Under the pieces are notes generated by a model, which had not been told where the DNA came from, ran no database searches, and was given only the letters and a program-made list of their open reading frames with translations. Made by a program: the position numbers and the translations under genes. Below, one piece after another: positions 38,141 to 50,912 of a DNA stretch of 64,000 nt. Numbering within the stretch: the stretch's first letter is position 1; the number at the start of each line of letters is the position of its first letter. The stretch is from Paraspadella gotoi (lineage: Eukaryota; Animalia; Chaetognatha): NCBI GenBank assembly GCA_051294375.1, contig JBJCIZ010000028.1, positions 202,100 through 266,099 of the forward strand. Direction: 5' to 3'.

Positions 38141-38708
38141 TTTCTTTTTATAACGATAAAATGTAAAAAGTGTTTTATGAAGAGAAATCAGAGCTCGTAT
38201 TGCGATATAGGAAGGAGAGGAAGACTGCTAGAGACTTTGTGCGGGAAATTGAGAAAGTAAAAGGAGTTTTAAAACAAAAGACTGCGCTATGGGAGCTTGG
38301 GAACGGACAGGGCAAGACATTGAAGACAAACGATTGCTTCACGAGATTATTGAGATCAAAGGTAAAATCGTACTACTCAGTTTGTTATGACAAAGTAAGA
38401 ACTTTATTTCTTTGTTCATGTTTCAAATAAAGAAAGCGTAATTAAAAAGATGAAATTGACCAGGTTAGGCAAGGACCAACAACCGTCGAAAGGCAAGCTA
38501 ATGTCAAAAATTACTATATTTGACATTGATTTCGTCAAATAATACGCAGCTCAGAATTTCGCGGCAAATTAAATTCTTTCTTTGAATTTTTTCATAATTT
38601 TTTTTATAACGGAACAAATACAAGATATAAATATTTACGCTTTTGCATCAAGTTGTACCATCAGCAATTTAAACCTTCGTAACTGCATCGAGCTGCCGTA
38701 TAAATTAC

Positions 38709-38938
38709 CGCGAATTCTTGAATTGCGGCATCTTCGTATCGCCGAATGCCAAGTTGGACACTTCTCCATTCGAATGTCCGAATTTACTCCAAATCGGCGG
38801 ATGATTCGATTCGCAAGGAAAAGAAACGGGATGAGAATCCAGCGTCACTTGATAAGAAGCGGTTTTCGTCGTTGTTGTCGAGGCCGACGTCGCCATGGCG
38901 ACGATAAACAAAGCGTAGAAAAGCGGCGTAGACTTCAT
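38709..38938 (-). CDS. Variable first exon, intact: MKSTPLFYALF...SFPCESNHPPIW...NLAFGDTKMPQFKNSR
   Basis: CG|GTAATT donor; 230 nt. Confidence 0.88.
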
Positions 38939-39373
38939 ATTTACAAATATGTATCAATTCGACGAAGAATTAAGGAATTGCGAGAGATTCAACTATGAAC
39001 GATGAGTTTGAAGAGAAAGAGGAAGTAACTAGTAGAGACGCGCGACGGGAGAAAACGGAACCAACAAAAGACTAATCCATCGAATCGGGAAGACAAACTA
39101 CGTAATTCAGGGTCCTTTGACGATTCATTTATTTATTCAAATGTGTTTTCGATTTTGCAAGAAGAGAAAAAAATAAAACTTATGACGAGTTTTATTTCAC
39201 ATTTTTTTGACTATTTTGTTTTAAAGGTTTAATTATAAAGTATTCACTTGATTTTTAAACATTAAAAGATTATTTCATTGTGTTAAAAGAAATAATTAAA
39301 TAATTAAACCACAAATCCACGATTAACAACATGAAGAAATAAAGTCACAAAATCAAACATCCACTTACAAGGA

Positions 39374-39455
39374 GCTAGGATGGCCGAGTGGTTAAGGCGT
39401 TAGACTTAAGTTCTAATGGACAGTGTCCGCGTGGGTTCGAACCCCACTCCTAGCA
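39374..39455 (+). tRNA. tRNA-Leu(UAA)
   Basis: Complete cloverleaf, slightly different variable arm, T-run terminator downstream. Confidence 0.92.
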
Positions 39456-39778
39456 CATATTTTTTAAAAAGAATTAATCTCCAGTCTCGTCAACCAATAG
39501 CGGGTTATTTATCAAAACTGTTATTGATGGTATCATGTGATTAAATAACGTGTGAATAATATTTATTTTTAATTTATATACATTAAAATATACATTTNNN
39601 NNNNNNNNNNNNNNNNNNNNNNNNNNNNNNNNNNNNNNNNNNNNNNNNNNNNNNNNNNNNNNNNNNNNNNNNNNNNNNNNNNNNNNNNNNNNNNNNNNNN
39701 NNNNNNNNNNNNNNNNNNNNNNNNNNNNNNNNNNNNNNNNNNNNNNNNNNNNNNNNNNNNNNNNNNNNNNNNNNNNNN

Positions 39779-39891
39779 ACGCCGGACGCCGAGGCGGAGG
39801 GGCGGAACATTCCGGCAAGGAGAAAGAGAAGAGGGAAAGGCATGGCGCGAGACATGGCGCGTGACGATGAGAAAAACATGGCGAGAGACAT
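39779..39891 (-). CDS. Partial variable exon, 3' end in gap: MSLAMFF...MPFPLLFLLAGMFRPSASASG
   Basis: Signal peptide; consensus upstream element gactggtagagacgccaagcgg at 39963. Confidence 0.7.
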
Positions 39892-40645
39892 GGAGAGGCG
39901 AATTTCAATGAAAAGGAAACGGAGTAAAGAGTCACGGAGTAAAGATTTACGATGTACGATGCGACTGGTAGAGACGCCAAGCGGTTTGGAACGGAAGGGG
40001 AAAATATCCGGTCGAAAAAAATCAACAAAAGGGCAAAACTATTGAGACGCTTCATTATAATAAGTAAAAATATNNNNNNNNNNNNNNNNNNNNNNNNNNN
40101 NNNNNNNNNNNNNNNNNNNNNNNNNNNNNNNNNNNNNNNNNNNNNNNNNNNNNNNNNNNNNNNNNNNNNNNNNNNNNNNNNNNNNNNNNNNNNNNNNNNN
40201 NNNAACATACGACGTTATATTATATATTTATATATAAATTACTTTATTTAAAGATGTAAATGGGCCGTAAGTAATCCAGTATAAAAGGTTTTATTTAATT
40301 GAAGTCGGTGAATTAATATTAAAAATGTAGCTAAAATGAAAAATAAATAGGATACGATCCATGCAATAATCCAGAGCCTAAATGATAACGAAAACTTTGA
40401 AATGTTGTTAATATATTTAATTTTAATTCAGTTGAGACTTTTTTTCTAGTTTCATTCTAAGATTTACATATCAAAGGAGAAAACAAAGTTTGTTTTTTTC
40501 ACAAACTAATTCAATTTTTTAAACAAAACGAATATGTTTGGATTCTTGTTTGGATACGAGTCGGTTACAGCGTTATTAGGTTGGCCGACATTAAGACGAA
40601 AAAAATATGTTTTCTATTTAATGTAATTATAATTATAATTTTTAC

Positions 40646-40896
40646 CTCGCGTCATCAAAATTAGGCATTTTATCGACGCCGACCGCCAGGGTTTTAACGT
40701 CATTCACCGTCTCTCCGATTTTCGTCCAAACCGGATTTCGATTCGAAGAACAAGAAAACTTCGTCGAAGACGAAGACGAGACGATCGACGGCGAAAAAGA
40801 CTTAATCCGCGACGAATTCGCCGCTAAGATGGAAACGGTGAAAAGGGAAAAGGCGAAGAGAGAATAAATTCGGCGAAGGTGGGACGAATTCGCCAT
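40646..40896 (-). CDS. Variable first exon, intact: MANSSHLRRIYSLF...KFSCSSNRNPVWTKI...TLAVGVDKMPNFDDAR
   Basis: AG|GTAAAA donor; 251 nt. Confidence 0.87.
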
Positions 40897-41929
40897 AATG
40901 AGAAAGAATTTTATAAATTTAAGATGAGATTTACGAAACGATTTGGAAATGAGGAGATGACTATGGAGAATGAATGAAATCGGACTACTAGAGACTCCTG
41001 TCAGCGGTGCCAGTTTGGAAGTTGATAAACAAANNNNNNNNNNNNNNNNNNNNNNNNNNNNNNNNNNNNNNNNNNNNNNNNNNNNNNNNNNNNNNNNNNN
41101 NNNNNNNNNNNNNNNNNNNNNNNNNNNNNNNNNNNNNNNNNNNNNNNNNNNNNNNNNNNNNNNNNNNNNNNNNNNNNNNNNNNNNNNNNNNNNNNNNNNN
41201 NNNNNNNNNNNNNNNNNNNNNNNNNNNNNNNNNNNNNNNNNNNNNNNNNNNNNNNNNNNNNNNNNNNNNNNNNNNNNNNNNNNNNNNNNNNNNNNNNNNN
41301 NNNNNNNNNNNNNNNNNNNNNNNNNNNNNNNNNNNNNNNNNNNNNNNNNNNNNNNNNNNNNNNNNNNNNNNNNNNNNNNNNNNNNNNNNNNNNNNNNNNN
41401 NNNNNNNNNNNNNNNNNNNNNNNNNNNNNNNNNNNNNNNNNNNNNNNNNNNNNNNNNNNNNNNNNNNNNNNNNNNNNNNNNNNNNNNNNNNNNNNNNNNN
41501 NNNNNNNNNNNNNNNNNNNNNNNNNNNNNNNNNNNNNNNNNNNNNNAGATAAGAACATTTCTTTCTTGTCGAACAAAACGACAATCTGGGAACCGACGAA
41601 AAGTGTAAACGCGAAAGATAATCAATTTATAAAGACGCTNNNNNNNNNNNNNNNNNNNNNNNNNNNNNNNNNNNNNNNNNNNNNNNNNNNNNNNNNNNNN
41701 NNNNNNNNNNNNNNNNNNNNNNNNNNNNNNNNNNNNNNNNNNNNNNNNNNNNNNNNNNNNNNNNNNNNNNNNNNNNNNNNNNNNNNNNNNNNNNNNNNNN
41801 NNNNNNNNNNNNNNNNNNNNNNNNNNNNNNNNNNNNNNNNNNNNNNNNNNNNNNNNNNNNNNNNNNNNNNNNNNNNNNNNNNNNNNNNNNNNNNNNNNNN
41901 NNNNNNNNNNNNNNNNNNNNNNAACTTAC

Positions 41930-42091
41930 CTTTGGTCTTTAAATCTCGGCATTTTATTCACTCCGAAAGCGAGACCCTGTACTTGATCAACGCTGCTGCC
42001 GATTCTGTTCCAAATCGGACTCCCGTTAGATTGACAGGAAAAAGTTACCGAGGAAGAAGTCTGAATCACAAAATGTGAAGAAAGTGAAGCC
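41930..42091 (-). CDS. Partial variable exon, 5' end in gap: ...TFSCQSNGSPIWNRI...GLAFGVNKMPRFKDQR
   Basis: AG|GTAAGT donor; complete half-Ig motif. Confidence 0.82.
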
Positions 42092-43005
42092 NNNNNNNNN
42101 NNNNNNNNNNNNNNNNNNNNNNNNNNNNNNNNNNNNNNNNNNNNNNNNNNNNNNNNNNNNNNNNNNNNNNNNNNNNNNNNNNNNNNNNNNNNNNNNNNNN
42201 NNNNNNNNNNNNNNNNNNNNNNNNNNNNNNNNNNNNNNNNNNNNNNNNNNNNNNNNNNNNNNNNNNNNNNNNNNNNNNNNNNNNNNNNNNNNNNNNNNNN
42301 NNNNNNNNNNNNNNNNNNNNNNNNNNNNNNNNNNNNNNNNNNNNNNNNNNNNNNNNNNNNNNNNNNNNNNNNNNNNNNNNNNNNNNNNNNNNNNNNNNNN
42401 NNNNNNNNNNNNNNNNNNNNNNNNNNNNNNNNNNNNNNNNNNNNNNNNNNNNNNNNNNNNNNNNNNNNNNNNNNNNNNNNNNNNNNNNNNNNNNNNNNNN
42501 NNNNNNNNNNNNNNNNNNNNNNNNNNNNNNNNNNNNNNNNNNNNNNNNNNNNNNNNNNNNNNNNNNNNNNNNNNNNNNNNNNNNNNNNNNNNNNNNNNNN
42601 NNNNNNNNNNNNNNNNNNNNNNNNNNNNNNNNNNNNNNNNNNNNNNNNNNNNNNNNNNNNNNNNNNNNNNNNNNNNNNNNNNNNNNNNNNNNNNNNNNNN
42701 NNNNNNNNNNNNNNNNNNNNNNNNNNNNNNNNNNNNNNNNNNNNNNNNNNNNNNNNNNNNNNNNNNNNNNNNNNNNNCACTGATTCGAAAAATTGATATT
42801 TAACCGAAATTTAAGCGAAAAGGTCTTTTCAATTATAATATACATTTACTTAACGGGTAATTTATGAATTGAAACGCGTTTAAAGGTACAAAATGTAGTA
42901 CAAAACGATGTAAAATTGTCAGTAGTAAATTTGATCAATTATGTAAGTTTGTATGATGAATAGGAACAAAAAGAGAGTAGAGATAGAGAGAAGAAGAAGA
43001 AGAGA

Positions 43006-43063
<58 letters not shown>

Positions 43064-43185
43064 CAGATTGATCACTGTGCAGGTGACGACCAAAACAAAT
43101 TTAATTCAAATTCATAATTAATCGCAAATCTATACCGAAAATTGAGTGCTATTAAAAGTCGACCTATGACCACGTCGCTTCTTAC

Positions 43186-43394
43186 CGCTCGTCTTTAAAT
43201 CTTGAGAGTTTGTTGGCCCCGATGGCCAAACCGCGGACTCGATCCACGATGCCAACTCGGTTCCATATCGGAATATCGTTGGAATCGCAAGAAAAGTCGA
43301 CGGTGGAGAAAACGGTCGCGACGGAAAGAGAAGAGAGAGAGAAAGAGAGGTGGGGAAAATAGAGAAGAAAGAGGAGAGAGAAGAGAGAAGACAT
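43186..43394 (-). CDS. Variable first exon, intact: MSSLFSLLFLL...DFSCDSNDIPIWNRV...GLAIGANKLSRFKDER
   Basis: CG|GTAAGA donor; 209 nt; upstream element 43481. Confidence 0.9.
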
Positions 43395-43661
43395 CTTTTC
43401 TTTTTTTTTTTAATGATTAAATTTTTGGATTGAGCAAAAAAATTGAGTCTGGATTTTCGATGTAAAGAAAGGAATGAAAAGACTGGTAGCGACACAACGC
43501 GGGATTTTTTTTAAAAAAGATTTAAAAACAAAAGATCCATATGTTTGGATGGTCATACTCCAATGAGAAAAAAAGATTTAAATCGATCATGTACTTGATA
43601 ATTGTTATTTGTTAGTCATAATCAAGCCGACGAGAGATCAGGATTTCAGAGAGAGAGAGAG

Positions 43662-43662
<1 letters not shown>

Positions 43663-43750
<88 letters not shown>
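43663..43750. repeat. (AAAG)n microsatellite
   Basis: Direct inspection; another at ~12458-12505. Confidence 0.95.
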
Positions 43751-43751
<1 letters not shown>

Positions 43752-43987
43752 TGAGAAGGTAAGAAAGAAAAATAGAAAGAGAAAGAAAAATAGAAGGAGA
43801 GCGAGAGAGAGAGGATTTTATGACTGGGCTGTCATTAAACTTTTAACTTCTGAAATTCTTAAGACCAATTTTAGAAGTTTCAAAAAGTAATGGAGCGCGC
43901 ATCGACTTTACCTATTCACGTCGTAAGTAAAACGAATCCAATTTAAACATAGTTAAATAAAAATATCCGAGACAAGTCAAAACGAAC

Positions 43988-44226
43988 CTGTCATCAGTGA
44001 ACCAAGGTTGTTTTTTATCTCCAAAAGCAATCATTCTATTATTTTGATTCCTTGGCTGACGATTCCAAGCCAGAGAATGTATAGACTCGCAGGACAACGA
44101 AGCCGAAGACCCGAAGACAACGATTTCCTCATTTTCCCCTTTGACCGGCGGAAGGTTTAAAGCCGCGACGAGGAAAATAGTTATTAAATAAAATGTATTT
44201 AGTAAGTTTTCGTTTCGAAAGTGCAT
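43988..44226 (-). CDS. Variable first exon, intact, WF class: MHFRNENLL...SLSCESIHSLAWNRQ...MIAFGDKKQPWFTDDR
   Basis: AG|GTTCGT donor; 239 nt. Confidence 0.86.
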
Positions 44227-44734
44227 TTTCGATTTTAAGAACGTTTAATTCGAATTGAGAAGGCAAATGATTTGATCGCGTTACATCGAGAGACTTTCGC
44301 TAAAAACGGACTACTAACGACGTTCTACGTTTTTTTGCTTAGAATTAAAAAAAAACAAAAGATCTTTCGGAATGACTCTGAATAATAACTTTTCATTTTC
44401 AATAGGCACAATCAAGTCGTTGTAGAAGCTCATCGTTATCAATATTATATATTGTTATTTTTAATGTTACTACACTTCACAAATTTAAAAAAAATACAAT
44501 TAGGCAAAATGCCAAATAATTTAATGTCTTGAAAATTTTTCCTTAATTATATATCGTCAATTTTCTTGTTACCAATTCAAATTTTGGGATTCTCGACAAA
44601 ACATTTTATTCCCTAAATTAATGAAAAGTAAAACGAAAAGTGATCTTGTTCAAAATCATAGGACAGCATAGTTAATTTACTAAATGAATGAATAAATTTA
44701 TGAAAGTTGCAAAATTATTTGTCTGTTGTTTGTA

Positions 44735-44959
44735 CCAATATCGAAGAATTTGAACCAACCAACCAACCAAGTCTCCGGTTCCACGCCGGAAAGTCTCCGG
44801 TTCCACGCCGGAAAGTCTCCGGTTCCACGCCGGAAAGTCTCCGGTTCCACGCCGGAATGTCGATGGAATCGCAAGAGAGGTGGAACCGGATACGACGAAG
44901 ACTTTGGAACCGAGAATCGGCGAAACGAGGAGAAAAGAAGACAGGAGGAAAAGAAACAT
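44735..44959 (-). pseudogene. Variable exon disrupted by internal 22-bp tandem amplification: MFLFLLSSFLLVSPILG...CDSIDIPAWNRR
   Basis: Signal peptide and upstream element (45091) intact; the PAWNRR codons are repeated four times and the 3' half is lost. Confidence 0.7.
44770..44857. repeat. 4 x 22-bp tandem repeat agtctccggttccacgccggaa
   Basis: gtctcc starts at 44771, 44793, 44815, 44837. Confidence 0.92.
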
Positions 44960-46618
44960 TTTGCGTTTTGTTTTGTTTGTTTCTTTTTAGTTTCGATTTA
45001 CGTTTTCGTTAGTTTTTTGTGCTTAGTTAAGACGAACAGGTCTTTGTTTTAGATAAATTGAGAATAAAATAACTCCCGATTTCAAAAAGAGACTAGGAGA
45101 GACATCTACGCGAAGATTTGGAACGAACGTCTGCTTTTAGAAAATGAGGAGAAAAAAGAAAAAACAAAAGGCGTTCTAGGGAGATCAGGTTTAATTTTGT
45201 CATTTGTAGACGCTATTTTTCCGGAATTGGGCGGAACGGGATAATTTAAATGAAACGCAACAAAGTTTTGAAATCCGAGCTTTTTTGTTCCAAATATCAT
45301 TTGCATATTGTAGTAATCGAATAAAAGTTACTCTTCGTTCTAAAAGAAGTCTATCTGGTTAACCAATCAAAAAATTAAGTTTATTTATAAGTAATAATAA
45401 AGAATAACAAGAGGTTATGATTACTGACTGCTTGTAAAAATATTATGACTAAGCATTTGAAAAAAAACTCTAACACGGTCAAACCCCGTGGATTAAATCT
45501 TTTTAAAAGTTTTTTATAAAAGAATCCACAAGACTCTATGTTAGAAGTCCTGGGACAAAGGTCCTAGTTTGAATTTGCAAGGTTCTCCTGTAAAGAGGAG
45601 AGCCCGAAAAAACGAGAGCACCGAAAGAAACTGGAACGACCAATTAATATTCATAATGATAATAATTATTATTATAAGTAATAATACAAGACCGATCACC
45701 AATGATAAACGCCCTTAAACGATTGTATGTACGCGCTAATTCCGACAAAGCAAATTCTAAGAATGCATCTTTTAACACTGGACAGAGTTTGAAAAAGACT
45801 TCCTCTGGCAATGAAATCTGTATTAAATATGCTATTTGCTTATTTAAAAAAAAAAAAATATTAAACCAAAAACAATACATTTCGTTTGGGCGTGATGAAA
45901 TAATGAAATTAAATCTTGATTTTTTTTTTCGAAACTATCGAGTATTACTTATTTTTTCAGATTGTCACACTTCGTTTTGTGTCGCTTGTCCGAGATTGAC
46001 CAGATGGAAAGAGAGAGTGAAGGATGGATTTTTTTTTAATAAGAAAAATTCGAAATCAAAGAGGAATGAATGAACGCGAGTTTATTTCAATGACATCATG
46101 GAGGGAATGCGAGAAGGAATAAAATTACAAAGACTTATAACATTCTTGAAACATTCTTTGAAATATTATACCACTTCATTGATAGGGAAGCTACTGATGG
46201 GTCTCTGGGAGTGAATAAACGAGACTGTTAGAGAGTCTTGATCGAAAGCTTGCACAGACCTGCTATGTTATTATCTAGTAAGTGTGATTGAGGACTTAAC
46301 CCTAACCTCTCCAAAGTCAGGGGTAAATGAACCACTTTGTTATGCTTCAAAGAATTCGAAAAAGGGAATGGAATTTTATGCCGGTAATATCAATTATTAT
46401 TTATATTTTTCGAAATTCAAGAGAAAAACCAGCTTCGATCTTCACTAGAGAATCAGACATAGATAAACATGATATAACATAACATACACAAACATAACCA
46501 AGTAAAAACCGAAGAAAAGGAAAAGGAAAAGGAAGCGAATAATGTTACCATCATGGCTACAATCGAAGCAACGTTATTATGATTGTCTAGTCGTAGTCAG
46601 TATAACTTTCGTCCCAAC

Positions 46619-46821
46619 CTGTTCTCCTTGAACCAAGACTGTTTTCTTTCTCCGTAAGCGATCATGCGACTGTTTCCATTCACTGGTCTTCTGTTCCAGG
46701 CGACTGTTTCTGGAGAAGAGCAAGAGAAAGAGACGGGCGTTCCGAGAAAAGAGATTCGAGTCTCTCCGAGAGACGAGCGGAAGATAAAAGCCAAAAATAC
46801 GAGGTGAAACAGGAAAAGCAT
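46619..46821 (-). CDS. Variable first exon, intact, WF class: MLFLFHLVFL...SFSCSSPETVAWNRR...MIAYGERKQSWFKENR
   Basis: AG|GTTGGG donor; 203 nt; upstream element 46951. Confidence 0.87.
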
Positions 46822-47158
46822 TTTTTTAAATATATGGGGAAAGTTTAAGAGAAAAAGTATTGTTTTTTATTTCTTTTAATTTTAGTTTTGAAATGGGTTT
46901 GAAAAAATAAAGAATTTTCTTTTGAGTGAGAAAAAAGGATTAAACAAAGGGACCAGTAGCGACGCCTCGCTGATATAAGAGAAAACGCGAGTTCGGTAAA
47001 AAGACAAAAAACANNNNNNNNNNCAAAAGACCTTGGAACGATTTCTGTTCCCGACTACGAGACAAAATGCTCGTAGAAGAAAACACATAGGGAGTTCTCG
47101 AAATATGCTAAGCGGTTTAAAAGAAACGTTTAGAAAGGAAAAAAAGCAGAGAGAGAGC

Positions 47159-47192
<34 letters not shown>

Positions 47193-47451
47193 AGAGAGAG
47201 AGAGAGAGAAAAAAGAAAAAACACATTCGTTCAACCCAGTTTCATTACATTTTATTTGCCTGTTAATGTTTTTGTATATCAATCTGTATCATTACTTGAT
47301 ATGAACAAAACACCTCATTACAGGTCCGATAATTAAATCTCTCTTGTCTCCAAACGCAACGGGGAGATTTATTTAAATCTTTAAATCTTTAAATCTTAAA
47401 AATATTAAAAATCTTTAAATCTTTAAATCTTAAAAATCTTTAAATCTTTAC

Positions 47452-47675
47452 CTTCGATCCTTAAATCTCGACATTCTCTTGTCCCCAAAAGCCAGATTCC
47501 TCACGTCGTTCACGGTTTCACCGATTCGATTCCAAATTGGTGATTCTTTCGATTCACAAGCGAAAGAGACGGAGGAAGAAGATTGAGTTACGAGGTGAGA
47601 GGAAGAGGAAGAGGAGAATCGGAGGAAAGAGGCGAGGAAGAAGACGAAGACGAGGAAAATCGAAAAAGGAGACAT
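47452..47675 (-). CDS. Variable first exon, intact: MSPFSIFLVF...SFACESKESPIWNRI...NLAFGDKRMSRFKDRR
   Basis: AG|GTAAAG donor; 224 nt. Confidence 0.9.
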
Positions 47676-48594
47676 AATTTTCTCGGTCGAGATTTGCTTT
47701 TGCGCAAAAGAGACGAAAAAGAAAGGAAAACAATTGTTGCCCGAGGAATAATAAAGAAGAGGATTGGAAAAAAAAAGATACTAGTAAAGACGCCGAGCGG
47801 GAATGTTGTGCGGAGAGTAGAAAAACAAAAGACACGGATATTGTTTATGGTGAAAAGATGAGAAATACCTTGTAAGTGTAATTAAAAAACGGTATTAACA
47901 TAATCAGAAAAGACTGAAAAACGATAAACGAGTAAAGACTAAACTATTAAAATTCAACAAAAACAAAAGACGCTAACGTTTAAAATAGAATGGCATATTA
48001 GTTATGATGAAATGAAGATTATTAAACGAAGGTTTTCGGTTTTGAACGCGCACTGGTTTTTCATTTACGGTAAAGGAAGTTAAGTATCAATTAGTATCCA
48101 TTTTTCATTATATCAGAAAATAACTTTATATAAATTGACTTCGTCTTTGAAGAACTGATTGAAAGTTATTATTTTTTTTCCTAACGTTTAAAATTGAATC
48201 ATTAATAAATGTTACTCTGAAAAACTATAAAAAAAAAGTTTAAGAACGTTTAAGGATCAAAATCATAAAACCGGAAACAGTAAAAAACGAAAAACGATTA
48301 ACACAAAACAATAACAGCAACGGCGTCAACAACAGATTAAAATGACTGGAATGGTAACTGTATCAATAACAGCGTCATTTTTTAAAAAAGTATCAGAATT
48401 TTCGGATTATAACTTCTGCTCATATTTATATTTTCTTATTCAGCCGCTCTTTTTCTCTCCAATGAAAGTCACGACTTTTCTTGGGACGATATTACGCAAC
48501 GAAGAGTAAAATTTCGAAACTGGAATCGAACATTTAAGAATTAAATCAATATGAAAAAATGATTACTACAATATGCAAAGCGGTTTAAAGGATC

Positions 48595-48656
<62 letters not shown>

Positions 48657-48725
48657 ATCAAGCCAGCCAATCATCGAGAAAAATAAATATAAATCTTATT
48701 ACTCAAAAGTCAAAACTCTGCTAAC

Positions 48726-48922
48726 CTGTTATCTCGAAACCACGGTTGCCTCTTATCCCCAAAAGCGATAGTTCTAAATCGATCATTGACTTCTCGGTTC
48801 CACGCAGGCGCGTGACGAGCGTCGCACGAGAAAGACGCCGAAGATTTAATTATGACGACAGAAGCGGCGTCGCCTTTCGCCGAATTGATAAACACAATCG
48901 TGAAAATTAAGAGAAAATACAT
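48726..48922 (-). CDS. Variable first exon, intact, WF class: MYFLLIFTIVF...SFSCDARHAPAWNRE...TIAFGDKRQPWFRDNR
   Basis: AG|GTTAGC donor; 197 nt. Confidence 0.88.
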
Positions 48923-50177
48923 GATTTATTTTTTTTTTAAGTGGAAAAGGAAAACGTCGGTTATAAGTAAAGAAGAAAGAAGAAACGAGTAGAGACGTCG
49001 AACGGCCGACGGAGGAACCACATATTTAAAAGGAAAACAAAAGACAACGACGACTAGTATTACTATTAGTAACAAAGGCGGAGAAAGGTTGATTGGGAAA
49101 AAAAATCACACATAATCTTCTATAAAGTTTTTTGTTCATGGGGGTTTCCTTTTCAACTCGTGATTAAACGAACGATACATATTTATTTTAAAATATTGAT
49201 AACCAAATGTTCTTTCTTATTTCCTTTTAATACTGAACTTTTAATCAAGTGACAACTAATCGCAAACCTTTAAATGGTAAATGGATGTATGTTTATGAAC
49301 GAAAATAATGTAGTTTCATGCATTCATTTTTAAAAAAATTAGGAAATTTCAAACCTGAATAATGAATAAATGAGTAGTTCAAATTCATTTGCATATTGCA
49401 GTATTTTAAGTAATCGCTATTTTTTTCAACATAACGATAATTTTTCAATTTTGTCATAGATTAACAAATTTAAAAAATATAATTAAAAGGTCAAATAATA
49501 TAATGTCTCAAAAATTTCTCCCTAATTATCGTAAATTTTCTTGTTACCAATTTAAATTTTTGGATTCTTGGAAAAACATTTTATTCCCCAAATTAATGCA
49601 AAGTAAAACAAACAGCGACGAGATGCTTTGTTAGAGTTCCTCAAACTATAAAACTTTGACTGGTTTTCCCGACAAAGGTGAGAACCTAGATCGTAAGTCA
49701 CCAATGCTTTAAAAATGTGCCCGAGTTAGACTGAAGCAGCTGCTGATCCCCAAATTGCTCCGACGCATTGAGAAAAATATGGAGAAAAATCACGGTAAAT
49801 TGTTTTTATCATTAAAGGTGACTATTAATGAAAAACTATCGGTCAGAGTAAAAATTATAAATAATTTCTCCAGTTTTTCTTTCTTTTTTTTCTTTTTTTT
49901 TATCAAAAAACATTTCGGTGAAGTTTTTTGTTCATGGCGGTTTCCTTTTCAACTCGTGATTAAAAGAACGATATATATTTATTTTAAAATATTGATAACC
50001 AAATGTCTTTTCTTATTTCTTTTTAATCCTGAACTTTTAATCAAGTGACAACTAATCGCAAACCTTTTCACGGAGGAACAAAACAATAGATAACTGTGAA
50101 ATTCAATCACTAAATAAATTTTAAAAAAACAAATTAATAAATAAATCAACCAATCAATTGATAAATCATAAACGAAC

Positions 50178-50404
50178 CTAGTATCTTTGAACCATTGTTG
50201 CCGTCTTTCCCCCACCGCGACAGTCCGACTGTTTTCGGTCAACAGCTGACGATACCACACAGGAGTGTAATCAGATTCGCAAGAGAAAGACGCTTGACTG
50301 TTGACAACAACGACGTAGCTTTCACTGGCGACGACTGAAGATGTAAATAATCCCAGAACCCCGTAACAGAAGACGAATATAAATTTAGAGTTGATAAAGA
50401 TCAT
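50178..50404 (-). CDS. Variable first exon, intact, WF class: MIFINSKFIF...SFSCESDYTPVWYRQ...TVAVGERRQQWFKDTR
   Basis: AG|GTTCGT donor; 227 nt. Confidence 0.88.
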
Positions 50405-50912
50405 TTTAACTAAAAATGATGATACACAATATTGTTTACATTCACAGTAGATGTATTTTTATCTTTTGGAGAGAAAAGCGAGAGATGTCAAAGCGTTACT
50501 TGATTAAAAGAAGAGACTGGTAGCGCCGCCTCGAGCAGATTCGGCAATATTGAGACGGGTAAACAAAAGAACAGGATAGATTCAGTTTGGAAATTTACGA
50601 AAAGATGCTAGAATACGGACGATTTTTGAATTTAAGTTAGTTCATCTTAAACTATTGAACTACTCAATCATAAGCAGTTGTTAATTTTAACGTTTAAATA
50701 TTGATATCCAGAAAAAGAGACAATGCGAAAAACAAGATGAAGTTCAATGACAATTCCTGTCAATATTTAAAGTTTAATTTACACTGTAATTTACTAAATG
50801 TAATATAAAACTTTCATAAAAACTACAAAAGGAAATTACAAAGATACGCGAAAAGGATAAGAACAGCAACAACAACAACAACAATAACAATAATAATAAT
50901 AATATAACAAAC

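Noticed and set aside
23279-39455. tRNA-derived SINE family
   Set aside because: Copies are full-length cloverleafs with unrelated flanks and no shared SINE body or tail
8177-42845. Long ORFs containing X runs (e.g. 8177-9484, 35595-36701, 40642-41625, 41926-42845)
   Set aside because: Artefacts of reading through N-gaps; only the flanking cassette fragments are meaningful
44770-44857. CRISPR-like repeat array
   Set aside because: Repeats are directly adjacent with no spacers, derive from exon sequence, and the context is eukaryotic
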